From: Kofleriaceae bacterium
GTDB lineage: Bacteria; Myxococcota_A; Polyangia; Haliangiales; Haliangiaceae
Assembly: GCA_965215005.1 (NCBI GenBank)
Contig: CBDCCZ010000054.1
Coordinates: forward strand, 192,001-256,000
Reading direction: 5' to 3'
Length of the DNA: 64,000 nt
Of this stretch, positions 1 to 8,921 are shown in pieces (position 1 is the first letter of the stretch; every line of letters begins with the position of its first letter). Below the pieces are notes generated by a model. It did no database searches, had not been told where the DNA came from, and was given only the letters and a program-made list of their open reading frames with translations. Both the position numbers and the translations under genes were made by a program.

Positions 1-291
1 TGATTGGTCCGGTGGCGACCCGCCGGGGCCGCGGCCGCTCGAGCCCTCTACGAACGAAACCGCGGCCTCGCACTCGAGGCTCTCGTAGGCGCGCAGCGAC
101 TCGCTATCGGAGAAGACGCCGCCGCATTCCTCGACACACACCGCGAGCGACTCGTCGTCGTACCCTCCTCGGCACCCGAGGTAGTGCTCGCAAGCACCCT
201 CGCAGGTACCGGTGAGGCGTGGTTGGCGAACCTGCACAGGCCGCGCGCACGCGACCAAGAGCAGTGCGAGCGCCAGATACATCAACTTCAT
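1..291 (-). CDS. Cys-rich lipoprotein, 3' end outside the window (not in ORF track)
   Basis: Manual translation from ATG at 291: MKLMYLALALLLVAC (lipobox) followed by TCEGACEHYLGC...CVEEC...LEC; GAGGAGG SD upstream; frame open to the window edge. Confidence 0.75.
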   Translation of the reverse strand, partial: MKLMYLALALLLVACARPVQVRQPRLTGTCEGACEHYLGCRGGYDDESLAVCVEECGGVFSDSESLRAYESLECEAAVSFVEGSSGRGPGGSPPDQS

Positions 292-539
292 AGATCGAAA
301 GCTCCTCCTCAACCGGCTCCACCAGCAACGTGCATCTGAGTCACCGCGCCGAGGCTCTCTACCCGCGTGCTCGCTTGCGACACTCGATCCATCGTCGCCA
401 ACCGGGTTGCCAAAGGCAACACTGCAATTTCCCCGCGCCGATCGCCTCGTGAAGCCGAGCACACTGTGCGACGCAAGCCGTCATCGGTTTGCCCGAGCAA
501 GCTGCGCAATCAATGCATTTTGGGTGACACTCGCCCGCG

Positions 540-1643
540 ATGGGCGGCCGACGAATAGCGATTCTCACCAGCGGCGGCGATGCACCGGGCATGAACGCGG
601 CGGTGCGCGCGGCCACGCTCGTTGCGCTTGCGCAAGGCGTCGAAGTCTTCGGCGTGTTGCGCGGGTATCAAGGGCTCCTGGCGGGCGAGCTGGCTCCGTT
701 GCACAGCGCCGACGTGCTCGGCGTGTTGCGTGAGGGCGGGACCTTTCTCGGTTCGGCGCGTTCGCGCGAGTTCCATGCGCGCGATGCTCGCGATCGAGCG
801 CGCGCGATCCTGCGCGACCAAGGCATCGAGGGTGTCATCGTCATTGGCGGCAATGGCTCGCTTGCAGGCGCTTTGGCGTTGTCCAACGCGGCCGAATGCG
901 CTGCGGAGCCAGTGCGCGTCGTCGCGATTCCCGCTTCTATCGACAACGACGTCGGTCTCACCGGCATGTGTATCGGCGTCGACACCGCGATGAACACCAT
1001 CGTCGATGCCGTCGACAAAATCGCCGACACCGCAACCGCCCACAGCCGCACCTTCATTGTCGAGGTCATGGGCCGCGACTGCGGCTATTTGGCGATGACC
1101 TCGGCCATCGCCTCCGGGGCGGACACGGTGCTGTTTCCCGAAGCCCATCACAGCGAAGAGCAAATCGTCGAGCGTCTTGCCGCCGCGGTGATTGCGGCGC
1201 ATGGTCGCGGGCATCGCAATCGTCGCGTCATCTGCGTCAAGGCCGAAGGCGTGCCCATTCCTGCCGAGCGCCTCAAGGCGTTGGTGGATGCTCGGCTTGA
1301 ACAGGAGCTCGGGGAGCTCACCAGCGAAACCCGCGTGACCGTGCTCGGACACGTGGTGCGTGGCGGCCGGCCGTCGGCCTTCGACAGGCTCCTAGCGAGT
1401 CGCTTGGCGCACGTCGCCGTGCGCGCGCTGCTCGCTGGAGCGACGCGCAAGATGGCGTCATGGATGCCTCCGGCCGAGCTTCCCGAAGAGTTTGGCGAGC
1501 GCTCCGACGTCGATCCGTACTGCTGGTTGGTCGAGTTGGAAGCGGCCATTGCCGAGAGCGACGAGATGCTCACCGGTGACAGCCCACTGGTGCGCTGGCG
1601 CGCGGGAGTCTTCGACGAGCTCGAGTCGGTGTTCTTGCTCTGA
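540..1643 (+). CDS. pfkA: ATP-dependent 6-phosphofructokinase
   Basis: TSGGDAPGMN, GGNGS, SIDND, EVMGRDCG and LGHVVRGG motifs. Confidence 0.95.
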   Translation: MGGRRIAILTSGGDAPGMNAAVRAATLVALAQGVEVFGVLRGYQGLLAGELAPLHSADVLGVLREGGTFLGSARSREFHARDARDRARAILRDQGIEGVIVIGGNGSLAGALALSNAAECAAEPVRVVAIPASIDNDVGLTGMCIGVDTAMNTIVDAVDKIADTATAHSRTFIVEVMGRDCGYLAMTSAIASGADTVLFPEAHHSEEQIVERLAAAVIAAHGRGHRNRRVICVKAEGVPIPAERLKALVDARLEQELGELTSETRVTVLGHVVRGGRPSAFDRLLASRLAHVAVRALLAGATRKMASWMPPAELPEEFGERSDVDPYCWLVELEAAIAESDEMLTGDSPLVRWRAGVFDELESVFLL

Positions 1644-1651
1644 GCTCACGC

Positions 1652-1736
1652 TAGTGATTTACGCGTAAGTCGGCAAACCGCTAGCAACGCAACTATTGCT
1701 TGGGGAGACGCCGAAGGGGGCGCGTGAGTAGCAGAA
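1652..1736 (+). repeat. Dispersed structured intergenic repeat, copy 1
   Basis: Aligns with 18815-18899 with about 9 substitutions and 2 indels; identical 22-mer TTGGGGAGACGCCGAAGGGGGC. Confidence 0.9.
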
Positions 1737-1831
1737 ATTAGTTCCTTTCTCCGTGGTTCAAGCCTTGCTCCCTGAGCTTCGTCGACCGTTGCCGGTGATC
1801 ATTCCGCCGTGTGCCTTGATAGAATCTGCGC

Positions 1832-3760
1832 ATGACGTTCTCTCCGGGCGAAGGCGAGCTGCGTCAGCTGTTCGAAAACGCGCCGCTCGGGATGTTTCAA
1901 AGCACTCCAGAAGGCCGCTTTGTGTTCGTAAATAGCGCCCTCGTCGAGATCTTGGGGTACTCGTGCATTGCTGAGGTGCTCGCTCTAGATCTCGCGCGCG
2001 AGGTGTATGTCGATCCGGTTGAGCGCGAGCAATCGCTTGCGCTGCTCGCGAAAAGCGGCGTGCTAAAGGGGGTGGAGGTCGCGTGGAAGCGCCGTGATGG
2101 CACGTGCCGCATGATTCGCATCGATTGCTACGCAGCGCTCGATGCACATGGCAATGCGTTGCATTACGCGGGCACCGTGCTCGACGTGACAGACCATCGC
2201 GCGGTGCAAGTCTCGCTCGAGAAGCGCACAGCCGAGCTCGCGCAGCGGGAGAGTGAGCTGCGATTGGTGCTGGCGCAGCTTCCAGGCATGGTCTGGACGA
2301 CCGACACCAAGCTCGCCTTTACGTCCTCTCAAGGTGCCGCGCTCCGCAGCCTCGGACTGAGCCCGGGGCAGTTGGTAGGAGTCACGCTCCCGCAATACTT
2401 TGGTACCAGCGATCCCAGCTTTCCGCCGCTCGCCCATCACATGACTGCCTTGGGGGGCCAGGCGGTGAGTTATTCCACCGATTGGGAGAGCCTCTCGTTC
2501 GTGAGTCAGGTCGTGCCGCTGCGTGGCCCCGATGAAAGCATCATCGGCACCCTCGGCTGCGCCATCGATGTAACCGAGCAGCGGCGCCTGGAAAGGAAGC
2601 TTCAGCAGGCGCAAAAGCTCGAGAGCCTGGGCCTGCTTGCGGGAGGCGTGGCGCACGACTTCAATAATCTGTTGGCGGCGATGCTCGGCAGTGCAGAGCT
2701 CGCGCTCCGAGTCGCGCACGACTCGCCGCGACTCGAGTCGCTGATTCGGCAATTTCGGCTCGGCGCGGTGCGAGCCGCGGGCCTCACGCGGCAGCTGCTC
2801 GACTACTCGGGCAAAGGCTACCTAGCCGCCGAGCCCCTCGACTTGAGTGAGCTAGTCGAAGAGACGGCGGCGCTGTTGCATCCTCGCCTTGCCGAGCGGG
2901 CAGAGTTGCACCTGGACCTCGACCCAACGCTGCCGGCGATTGAGGGCGACGCCGCGCAGATCCGACAAATCGTGATGAACCTGCTCACCAACGCCGCAGA
3001 GGCGATCGACGGCGAGCGCGGCAACATCGTCATACGGACGTACGCGTGCGAGCTCGGAGCGGCGCAGCTGCAGAATAGCGAGCTCGAGACGCCGCCACCG
3101 CCGGGAACGTATGGGTGCCTTGAGGTGAGCGATGATGGGTGCGGCATGGATGGCGAGACTCGCCGGCGCTTGTTCGAGCCGTTTTTCACCACGAAACAGC
3201 ACGGGCACGGGTTGGGGCTCGCTACGGCCATGGGTATCATGTCGGCCCACGGCGGGCTCATCGAGGTCCACAGTGGGAAGGCGCGGGGATCGAAATTCCG
3301 GCTGCTATTTCCGCTTGGAAGCTCACGTGTATCGCAGGGGGGAGGGACGCGGGTGAAAGGAGAAGCGAGCATGAAGGGAACTGTATTGGTCGTTGATGAT
3401 GACGACATGGTGCGGGACGTAGCGCTGCAGATGGTGGAAGAGCTCGGCTATGTCGCTCTGCCGGCGGCCGATGGCCATGCCGCGTTGGCGTGCATGGGCG
3501 AGTCGGCGGCGCAGGTGGGAGTGGTGCTGCTCGACATGACGATGCCCGGCATGGGTGGCGCGGAAGTGTTCGAGCGCATTCACGAGCGCTGGCCGAACAC
3601 GCAGATCATCCTGTCGAGCGGCTACGATGAGCAGCAGCATGTCAGCAACTTGGTGGCGCGTGGAGAGGCGTTCTTTCTGCAGAAGCCATACCATTTCGAA
3701 GCTCTCGAGGAGGTTCTGGCTGCCGCCATGCGTCGCGCGAGACCCTCACCGGATTCGTGA
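1832..3760 (+). CDS. PAS-PAS hybrid sensor histidine kinase / receiver
   Basis: Two PAS-like segments, AHDFNN H-box, NLLTNA, FFTTK..GHGLGL, C-terminal REC (VVDDD, LLDMTMP, FLQKPY). Confidence 0.92.
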   Translation: MTFSPGEGELRQLFENAPLGMFQSTPEGRFVFVNSALVEILGYSCIAEVLALDLAREVYVDPVEREQSLALLAKSGVLKGVEVAWKRRDGTCRMIRIDCYAALDAHGNALHYAGTVLDVTDHRAVQVSLEKRTAELAQRESELRLVLAQLPGMVWTTDTKLAFTSSQGAALRSLGLSPGQLVGVTLPQYFGTSDPSFPPLAHHMTALGGQAVSYSTDWESLSFVSQVVPLRGPDESIIGTLGCAIDVTEQRRLERKLQQAQKLESLGLLAGGVAHDFNNLLAAMLGSAELALRVAHDSPRLESLIRQFRLGAVRAAGLTRQLLDYSGKGYLAAEPLDLSELVEETAALLHPRLAERAELHLDLDPTLPAIEGDAAQIRQIVMNLLTNAAEAIDGERGNIVIRTYACELGAAQLQNSELETPPPPGTYGCLEVSDDGCGMDGETRRRLFEPFFTTKQHGHGLGLATAMGIMSAHGGLIEVHSGKARGSKFRLLFPLGSSRVSQGGGTRVKGEASMKGTVLVVDDDDMVRDVALQMVEELGYVALPAADGHAALACMGESAAQVGVVLLDMTMPGMGGAEVFERIHERWPNTQIILSSGYDEQQHVSNLVARGEAFFLQKPYHFEALEEVLAAAMRRARPSPDS

Positions 3761-3772
3761 TAAATCTGGGTC

Positions 3773-4081
3773 ATGTACATCGCCATGAATCAGTTCCGGG
3801 TCGTCCCCGAGCGCAGCGAAGACTTCGAGCGGGCGTGGCGAGAGCGCGATTCGTATCTCGACGAGGTCGATGGCTTCGTCGAGTTTCGCTTGCTGCGCGG
3901 TGGCCAAACCGAGGAGGGCAATCAGCTCTATGCCTCGCACACCGTGTGGCGAGATGAGTCGGCGTTTCGCGCCTGGGTCGACAGCGAAGCGTTTCGCAAG
4001 GCGCACGCGCAGGGCCGACTGACCGGCATCATCGCCGGCCCACCGCAGTTTGCCGGCTGGAGCGCTGTCGATCTGGGCTAG
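3773..4081 (+). CDS. Antibiotic biosynthesis monooxygenase (ABM) family protein, IsdG-like possible heme oxygenase
   Basis: MYIAMNQF start, W..SEAFRKAH motif, 102 aa. Confidence 0.8.
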   Translation: MYIAMNQFRVVPERSEDFERAWRERDSYLDEVDGFVEFRLLRGGQTEEGNQLYASHTVWRDESAFRAWVDSEAFRKAHAQGRLTGIIAGPPQFAGWSAVDLG

Positions 4082-4859
4082 TCGCGGCAGCAGGCTGGTT
4101 GCTATCGCGGCGGCCTCGGTGGTGGTGTGTGCGGTTGCGGTGGCGGCGCTTTGGTATCTATATCAGCCACGCGCGGAGCCGGCACAGCCCACCGCCCCCG
4201 CGCCCGTCGCGCCAGTGGACGCGGAGCTTGCCCAGCTGCGAACGCGCTACGGCAACGCGCTGTATTCGCAGTACGACGAGGAGCTGTTTATCCGTGACTT
4301 CTTTGGCGACCGCAGAGGCGGGGTGTTCGTCGATGTGGGCGCGAGTCACTACGAGATCAACAGCACAACGTACTATCTCGAGAAGCACCTGGGGTGGCGC
4401 GGCATCGCGATCGATGCGCTCGAGGACTATAGGCAGGGGTACCAGCGGCACCGGCCGGGCACGAAGTTCTTCGCGTACTACGTCGCCGACCACTCTGGTG
4501 GCATTTCCGATTTTCATATTGTGCGCGGCAATGAGCGGCTTTCGACCGGCCTCAAAGAGGTGGCCAGCGACAAAGGAAGTCATGAGACGGTGGCGCTGCC
4601 AACGGTGAGCTTGACCGACCTCTTGCAGCGCGAAGGCCTCGAGACGATCGACTTCTTGTCCATCGACATCGAGCAGGCCGAGCCAACTGCGTTGCGTGGG
4701 CTCGATATAGAGCGCTTTCGCCCGGCGCTGGTCTGCATCGACGTGAGCCAGCACCGCGACGCGATCTATGCGTACTTTCGCCGCCACGGCTATGAGGAGC
4801 TCGAGCACTACACCCGCCTCGATCCACTCAATGCGTACTTCCGCCCGGCCGCGGAATAG
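4050..4859 (+). CDS. FkbM-family methyltransferase with N-terminal membrane anchor (start uncertain)
   Basis: YSQ..EE, FVDVGA, GWRGIAID, IDFLSIDIE motifs. Confidence 0.8.
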   Translation: MPAGALSIWASRGSRLVAIAAASVVVCAVAVAALWYLYQPRAEPAQPTAPAPVAPVDAELAQLRTRYGNALYSQYDEELFIRDFFGDRRGGVFVDVGASHYEINSTTYYLEKHLGWRGIAIDALEDYRQGYQRHRPGTKFFAYYVADHSGGISDFHIVRGNERLSTGLKEVASDKGSHETVALPTVSLTDLLQREGLETIDFLSIDIEQAEPTALRGLDIERFRPALVCIDVSQHRDAIYAYFRRHGYEELEHYTRLDPLNAYFRPAAE

Positions 4860-5030
4860 CTCGTGCGACGGCGGCTTGGTGACGCGGCAACTCCGTCGAT
4901 TGGCGCTGGGCAATTCGAGGTGCATTTATTGGAGCGCTCATGGTCCGGCGTGTCGGACGCGGGCGTCCGAGTGGCCGGACGCGCGTCCGCTCGAGCGGAC
5001 GCAGGCCGTGCATTGTTGGGAACTTGGGCC

Positions 5031-5046
5031 TGGCGCCGAAGTTGCT
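5031..5046 (+). promoter_or_regulatory. Putative sigma54 (-24/-12) promoter of radC
   Basis: TGGCGCCGAAGTTGCT: GG-N10-GC spacing matches TGGCACG-N4-TTGC; ends 11 nt before the ATG. Confidence 0.6.
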
Positions 5047-5057
5047 AAACCCGTCGC

Positions 5058-5738
5058 ATGGTCGATGCGGCGGAACGTCCTCGAGAACGAATGCTTGCTT
5101 GTGGCGGCGACGCGTTGTCCACCGAGGAGCTCTTGGCGTTGGTGCTCGGCAGCGGCACCCGCGGACGACCGGCAGATGCGGTCGCGCGCGAGCTTCTGGC
5201 TTCGGCGGGGGGAGTGGCGGCGCTTTCGCGGGCAGCGCCGCGCGAGCTTCTCGAGGTGGCCGGCGTGGGGCAGGCACGCGCCGCGCGAGTCGCTGCGGCG
5301 TTCTATCTCGGGCGGCGGGGAATGGCGCAGCTAGGAGCGCAAGACGCGGCGTTGCTCGATGCCGAAGGGGTGTTTCGCCGGCTACAGCCGCGGCTTGGGG
5401 GGCTGGCGCAGGAGGTGTTCGTGGTGCTTGCCCTCGATGCGCGCCATCGCGTCTTGGCCGAGCTCGAGGTCGCGCGCGGCCATTTGACTGGCGTCGACGT
5501 GCATCCACGGGAAGTGTTTCGCCCGCTGATTCGCCAGGCGGCAGCGGCGGCGGTGATCGCGCATAATCACCCATCGGGGGATCCGTCGCCGAGCGCTCAG
5601 GACGTGGCGCTTACCCTTCGGTTGCAGGCCGTCGGCGAGCTCGTCGGCATTCCAATCCTCGATCATGTGATCGTTACCACCAACCGCTTCGTCTCCCTGG
5701 TCGAGCACCTTCCCACCCTGAGCTCCGCAGAGTCATGA
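5058..5738 (+). CDS. radC: RadC / JAB (MPN) domain protein
   Basis: RPRER, HhH segment, HPREVF, HNHPSGDPSPS..D, LDHVI. Confidence 0.95.
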   Translation: MVDAAERPRERMLACGGDALSTEELLALVLGSGTRGRPADAVARELLASAGGVAALSRAAPRELLEVAGVGQARAARVAAAFYLGRRGMAQLGAQDAALLDAEGVFRRLQPRLGGLAQEVFVVLALDARHRVLAELEVARGHLTGVDVHPREVFRPLIRQAAAAAVIAHNHPSGDPSPSAQDVALTLRLQAVGELVGIPILDHVIVTTNRFVSLVEHLPTLSSAES

Positions 5739-5791
5739 TGAATCGACCGCACGCCTTGCTGCCGCTGCGCGCTTCCTGGAGAATCCGCCGC

Positions 5792-6709
5792 ATGAGGTCG
5801 TGCATCGCACCTGTTGCTGTCGTCGCGATTCTGGCCGCTGTGACACCGGCCTTTGCAGACTCGCTAGTCGAGAATCTCGGGCCGCGCGAGATTGCGCTGG
5901 GCGATGCCTCCCGCGCCGAGGCCACCGGCGGCATGGCTGTCAATCTCAACCCCGCGGGCTTGCCGCTGACCCGCGAGGTGGTGTTCGAGGGCTCGTTTGG
6001 CTATCGCTCCGAAGATAGCGCCTCGCTCATCGGCGTTTCCGCTTGCGACTCGACGGTGCCGATCCCGGGGTGCTTTTATTACAAGTACCTCAGCGCCAGC
6101 CCGGAGGTTGCGGGGCTGCAGCTGAGCCGGCGCTTGCACGAAGGTGGCGTGCTGCTCGCGCGCGCCATTGCGCCGCGCGTCGCGATTGGTGTCAACGGCA
6201 AGTACTTTGACTACAACACCGAGCTCGACGGCGAAGCGTCGGCCAGTGGCTTCAGTGTGGATGCGGGGGCCAGCGTCCGCGCGAGCAGCCGCATCGCCCT
6301 CGGTGTGGTTGGCTACAACCTCGCCGGCGAAGACTCTTCGCAGTACCCGCTGGGGCTCGGGGCGGGGCTTAGCGTGCGTCCAGTCCCAAATCTTGGCCTC
6401 GTTTTCGATGGCGTGTGGAACTTCGATCGACCCGAGGAGACTGCGATCGGGCGCTACGGCGGCGGGGCGGAGTATTTCGTGCGCTCGAGCGATAGTCTCA
6501 GCGGCTACCCGCTTCGGGCGGGGCTCGTGCACGATCGCGCGCGCGAGTCCACGTCTCTAACCGGCGGCTTGGGGCTGGTCTCGGCGAAAGTCGCCTTGGA
6601 CGTGAGCGCGCGCTATCAAGTCGGCGGCGAAGGAGATGAGCTCCTCGTCATCGGCAGCTTGCGAATATTCGGACCACGACAGGAAATGAGCTCGCTCGGT
6701 GGTTTGTGA
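5792..6709 (+). CDS. Probable outer-membrane beta-barrel protein
   Basis: Signal peptide, GPREIALG..NPAGL N-terminal motif, alternating beta-strand pattern. Confidence 0.65.
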   Translation: MRSCIAPVAVVAILAAVTPAFADSLVENLGPREIALGDASRAEATGGMAVNLNPAGLPLTREVVFEGSFGYRSEDSASLIGVSACDSTVPIPGCFYYKYLSASPEVAGLQLSRRLHEGGVLLARAIAPRVAIGVNGKYFDYNTELDGEASASGFSVDAGASVRASSRIALGVVGYNLAGEDSSQYPLGLGAGLSVRPVPNLGLVFDGVWNFDRPEETAIGRYGGGAEYFVRSSDSLSGYPLRAGLVHDRARESTSLTGGLGLVSAKVALDVSARYQVGGEGDELLVIGSLRIFGPRQEMSSLGGL

Positions 6710-6773
6710 AAGCTGCCGGCATCGGCCCCGCGGGGCCCGGTGCCTCGTGCGGCTGAGGTAGACTGCTCCGGCC

Positions 6774-7352
6774 ATGTCGCGTCGCGAACGGCTTCTCGTG
6801 CGTCGCCTGCGCGAGCGAAGCGAGAAGGCCTTTCGTGAGCTGATGGAGCTCCACGGCGACCGGGTTTACAACATGACCTACCGCATGCTCGGCAATCACG
6901 AGGAGGCCGAGGATGTCGCTCAGGAAGTGTTCATCACCGTCTTCAAAACCATCGAGAGCTTTCGCGAAGACGCCAAGCTCTCGACGTGGCTGTATCGGGT
7001 CACCGCCAATCACTGTAAGAACCGCATCAAGTATCTGGCGCGTCGCCATGATCGCCGGCAGGCCGAATACGACGATTCACTCGACCGTAGCGTCACGCCC
7101 GGAGCGACCGCGCCATCCCCGTCGCCGCGTCCAGACAAGCAGCTCGAGGGGGTGGAGCTCGAGCGGTTGGTGCAGGAGGCCATCGCCGAGCTCGACGAGG
7201 AGCACCGACTGCTGGTGGTCCTGCGCGACATCGAAGAGCTGGCGTACGAGGAGATTTGCGAGATCACCTCGCTGCCGGAAGGTACTGTGAAATCACGGCT
7301 TCATCGGGCGCGGCTGGCTCTTCGCAAGAAAATGCTCAAACATGTGGAGTGA
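6774..7352 (+). CDS. ECF RNA polymerase sigma-70 factor
   Basis: AEDVAQEVF, STWLYRV, YEEI..GTVKSRLHRAR. Confidence 0.93.
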   Translation: MSRRERLLVRRLRERSEKAFRELMELHGDRVYNMTYRMLGNHEEAEDVAQEVFITVFKTIESFREDAKLSTWLYRVTANHCKNRIKYLARRHDRRQAEYDDSLDRSVTPGATAPSPSPRPDKQLEGVELERLVQEAIAELDEEHRLLVVLRDIEELAYEEICEITSLPEGTVKSRLHRARLALRKKMLKHVE

Positions 7353-7355
7353 GCC

Positions 7356-7721
7356 ATGGCACCGCGACCGCCCAGCATCAAAGACGCTAACAGCCGGCAG
7401 GCCGGTGAGGATGCGGTCTCGGAGCCCGATGCTGGGGAGCTGGCAGGACTGCACCGCATGTCGGCGCCGCAGAGCTTTCGCACGCAAGTGGAACGCACGC
7501 TGCGTGAGCGTTCGGCGGGGCGCTTCTTTGGCCGCAGAGCGTTTGGCGATCGCGTCCCGTTCGGAGTGCTCGCGGTCGTCGCGCTGCTGGTCGGGCTGAT
7601 CATCGTCGCGCTGGTTTGGTCGAGTCACACCGGCAGCCTGCGCTACGAGCGCAATGGCTCTGAGCCCGAGCTGCCGCCCGCGGCCCGCGAGGTGGTGCCT
7701 CGGCCCCAAGGCCTGCGATGA
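7356..7721 (+). CDS. Small single-TM protein, candidate anti-sigma factor
   Basis: 3 nt after the ECF stop; one hydrophobic helix. Confidence 0.55.
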   Translation: MAPRPPSIKDANSRQAGEDAVSEPDAGELAGLHRMSAPQSFRTQVERTLRERSAGRFFGRRAFGDRVPFGVLAVVALLVGLIIVALVWSSHTGSLRYERNGSEPELPPAAREVVPRPQGLR

Positions 7722-7831
7722 CGCTCGCTGGGGTCGCGACGGAGTTCTCGGGCGTCCGCGGGGCGGCGCCAGGGGAGCGGGGCCGGGGCGCTGGCGAGGC
7801 CCGCGCCCCGATTCGTCCCTCAGCAGTGCCG

Positions 7832-8920
7832 CTAGCGGTGCTTGGTCTCGAAGTCTTTCATGAAACCGACCAGTTTCTCGACGCCGGCGCGCGGAAACGC
7901 GTTGTAGATGCTGGCCCGCATGCCGCCGACGCTGCGATGCCCTTTTAGACCAGAGAAGCCGCGCTGCTTGGATTCACGGAGGAACTCAGCCTCGAAGGCT
8001 TCGTCGCGGCCGCGAAAGCAGACGTTCATGTCAGAACGGCTGCCGGCGCGTGCGGTGGCGCGAAACGCGCGGCTTTCGTCCAAATAGTCGTAAAGCAGCG
8101 CTGCCTTGGCGGCGTTGTACTCGCCGAGCGCGGCGAGGCCGCCAAAATCGGCGATCCACTTGAGGACCTCGTCGAGCACGAAGATCGCGAAGGTCGGTGG
8201 CGTGTTGAACATGGAGTCCGCTTCGGCGTGCGTGCGGTACTGCAGCATCGTTGGCAGGTCTCGGCGGCCCTTTTCGACGAGCTCATCGCGGATGATGACC
8301 AGGGTGATTCCAGCTGGGCCGAGATTCTTCTGCGCGCCGGCGTAGATGATGCCGTAGCGCGCGACGTCAATCGGCCGGCTGAAGATGTGGCTCGAGGCAT
8401 CGGTGACGAGCGGGACTCCGCTTGGTATCGCCGGTAATTTCGCGTACTCGGTGCCGAAGATGGTGTTGTTGCCGGTCATGTGCACGTATGCCGGCGCGCT
8501 CGACCAGGTCATCGCCTCGGCCGCTGGAATGTACGCAAAGTTCTCGTCTTCGCTGGAGGCGGCGACGTGCACCGAACCGAATCGTTTGGCTTCTTTGATG
8601 GCCTTTTTCGACCACGACCCGGTGTTGATGTAGTCGGCAGTGTCGCCCTCGCCGAGCAGGTTCATCGGGATCATGAAGAACTGCGTGGAGGCGCCGCCTT
8701 GCAAGAACAGCACGCGATAGCCCTCGGGAATGCCGCCGACGCTGCGGCACCGAGCCTCTGCCGACTCGATGACCTCCGTGAACTCAGGGCTGCGATGGCT
8801 GTGCTCCATCACGCCGATGCCGGAGTCGCCGAGGCTCCAGAGGGCGCGCTGGGCTTTTTCGATCACCGGCTCGGGGAGCACGGCGGGGCCTGCAGAGAAG
8901 TTGTAGATGCGATCGCTCAT
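7832..8920 (-). CDS. serC: Phosphoserine aminotransferase
   Basis: [42 protein letters not shown]; start at MSDRIYNF. Confidence 0.97.
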   Translation of the reverse strand: MSDRIYNFSAGPAVLPEPVIEKAQRALWSLGDSGIGVMEHSHRSPEFTEVIESAEARCRSVGGIPEGYRVLFLQGGASTQFFMIPMNLLGEGDTADYINTGSWSKKAIKEAKRFGSVHVAASSEDENFAYIPAAEAMTWSSAPAYVHMTGNNTIFGTEYAKLPAIPSGVPLVTDASSHIFSRPIDVARYGIIYAGAQKNLGPAGITLVIIRDELVEKGRRDLPTMLQYRTHAEADSMFNTPPTFAIFVLDEVLKWIADFGGLAALGEYNAAKAALLYDYLDESRAFRATARAGSRSDMNVCFRGRDEAFEAEFLRESKQRGFSGLKGHRSVGGMRASIYNAFPRAGVEKLVGFMKDFETKHR

Positions 8921-8921
8921 A

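Noticed and set aside
1672..1725. Repeat read as a c-di-GMP-I or glycine riboswitch (GGCAAACC..GGAGACGC; GGAGA..CCGAAG)
   Set aside because: No GAAA-capped P2 or GCAAAGC, and no CTCTCAGG. GGCAAACC is not kept in copies 2 and 3, and copy 2 lies between convergent genes.
5058..5738. radC as a marker of a mobile element
   Set aside because: Full-length chromosomal type with N-terminal HhH; no mobility genes or boundaries nearby.
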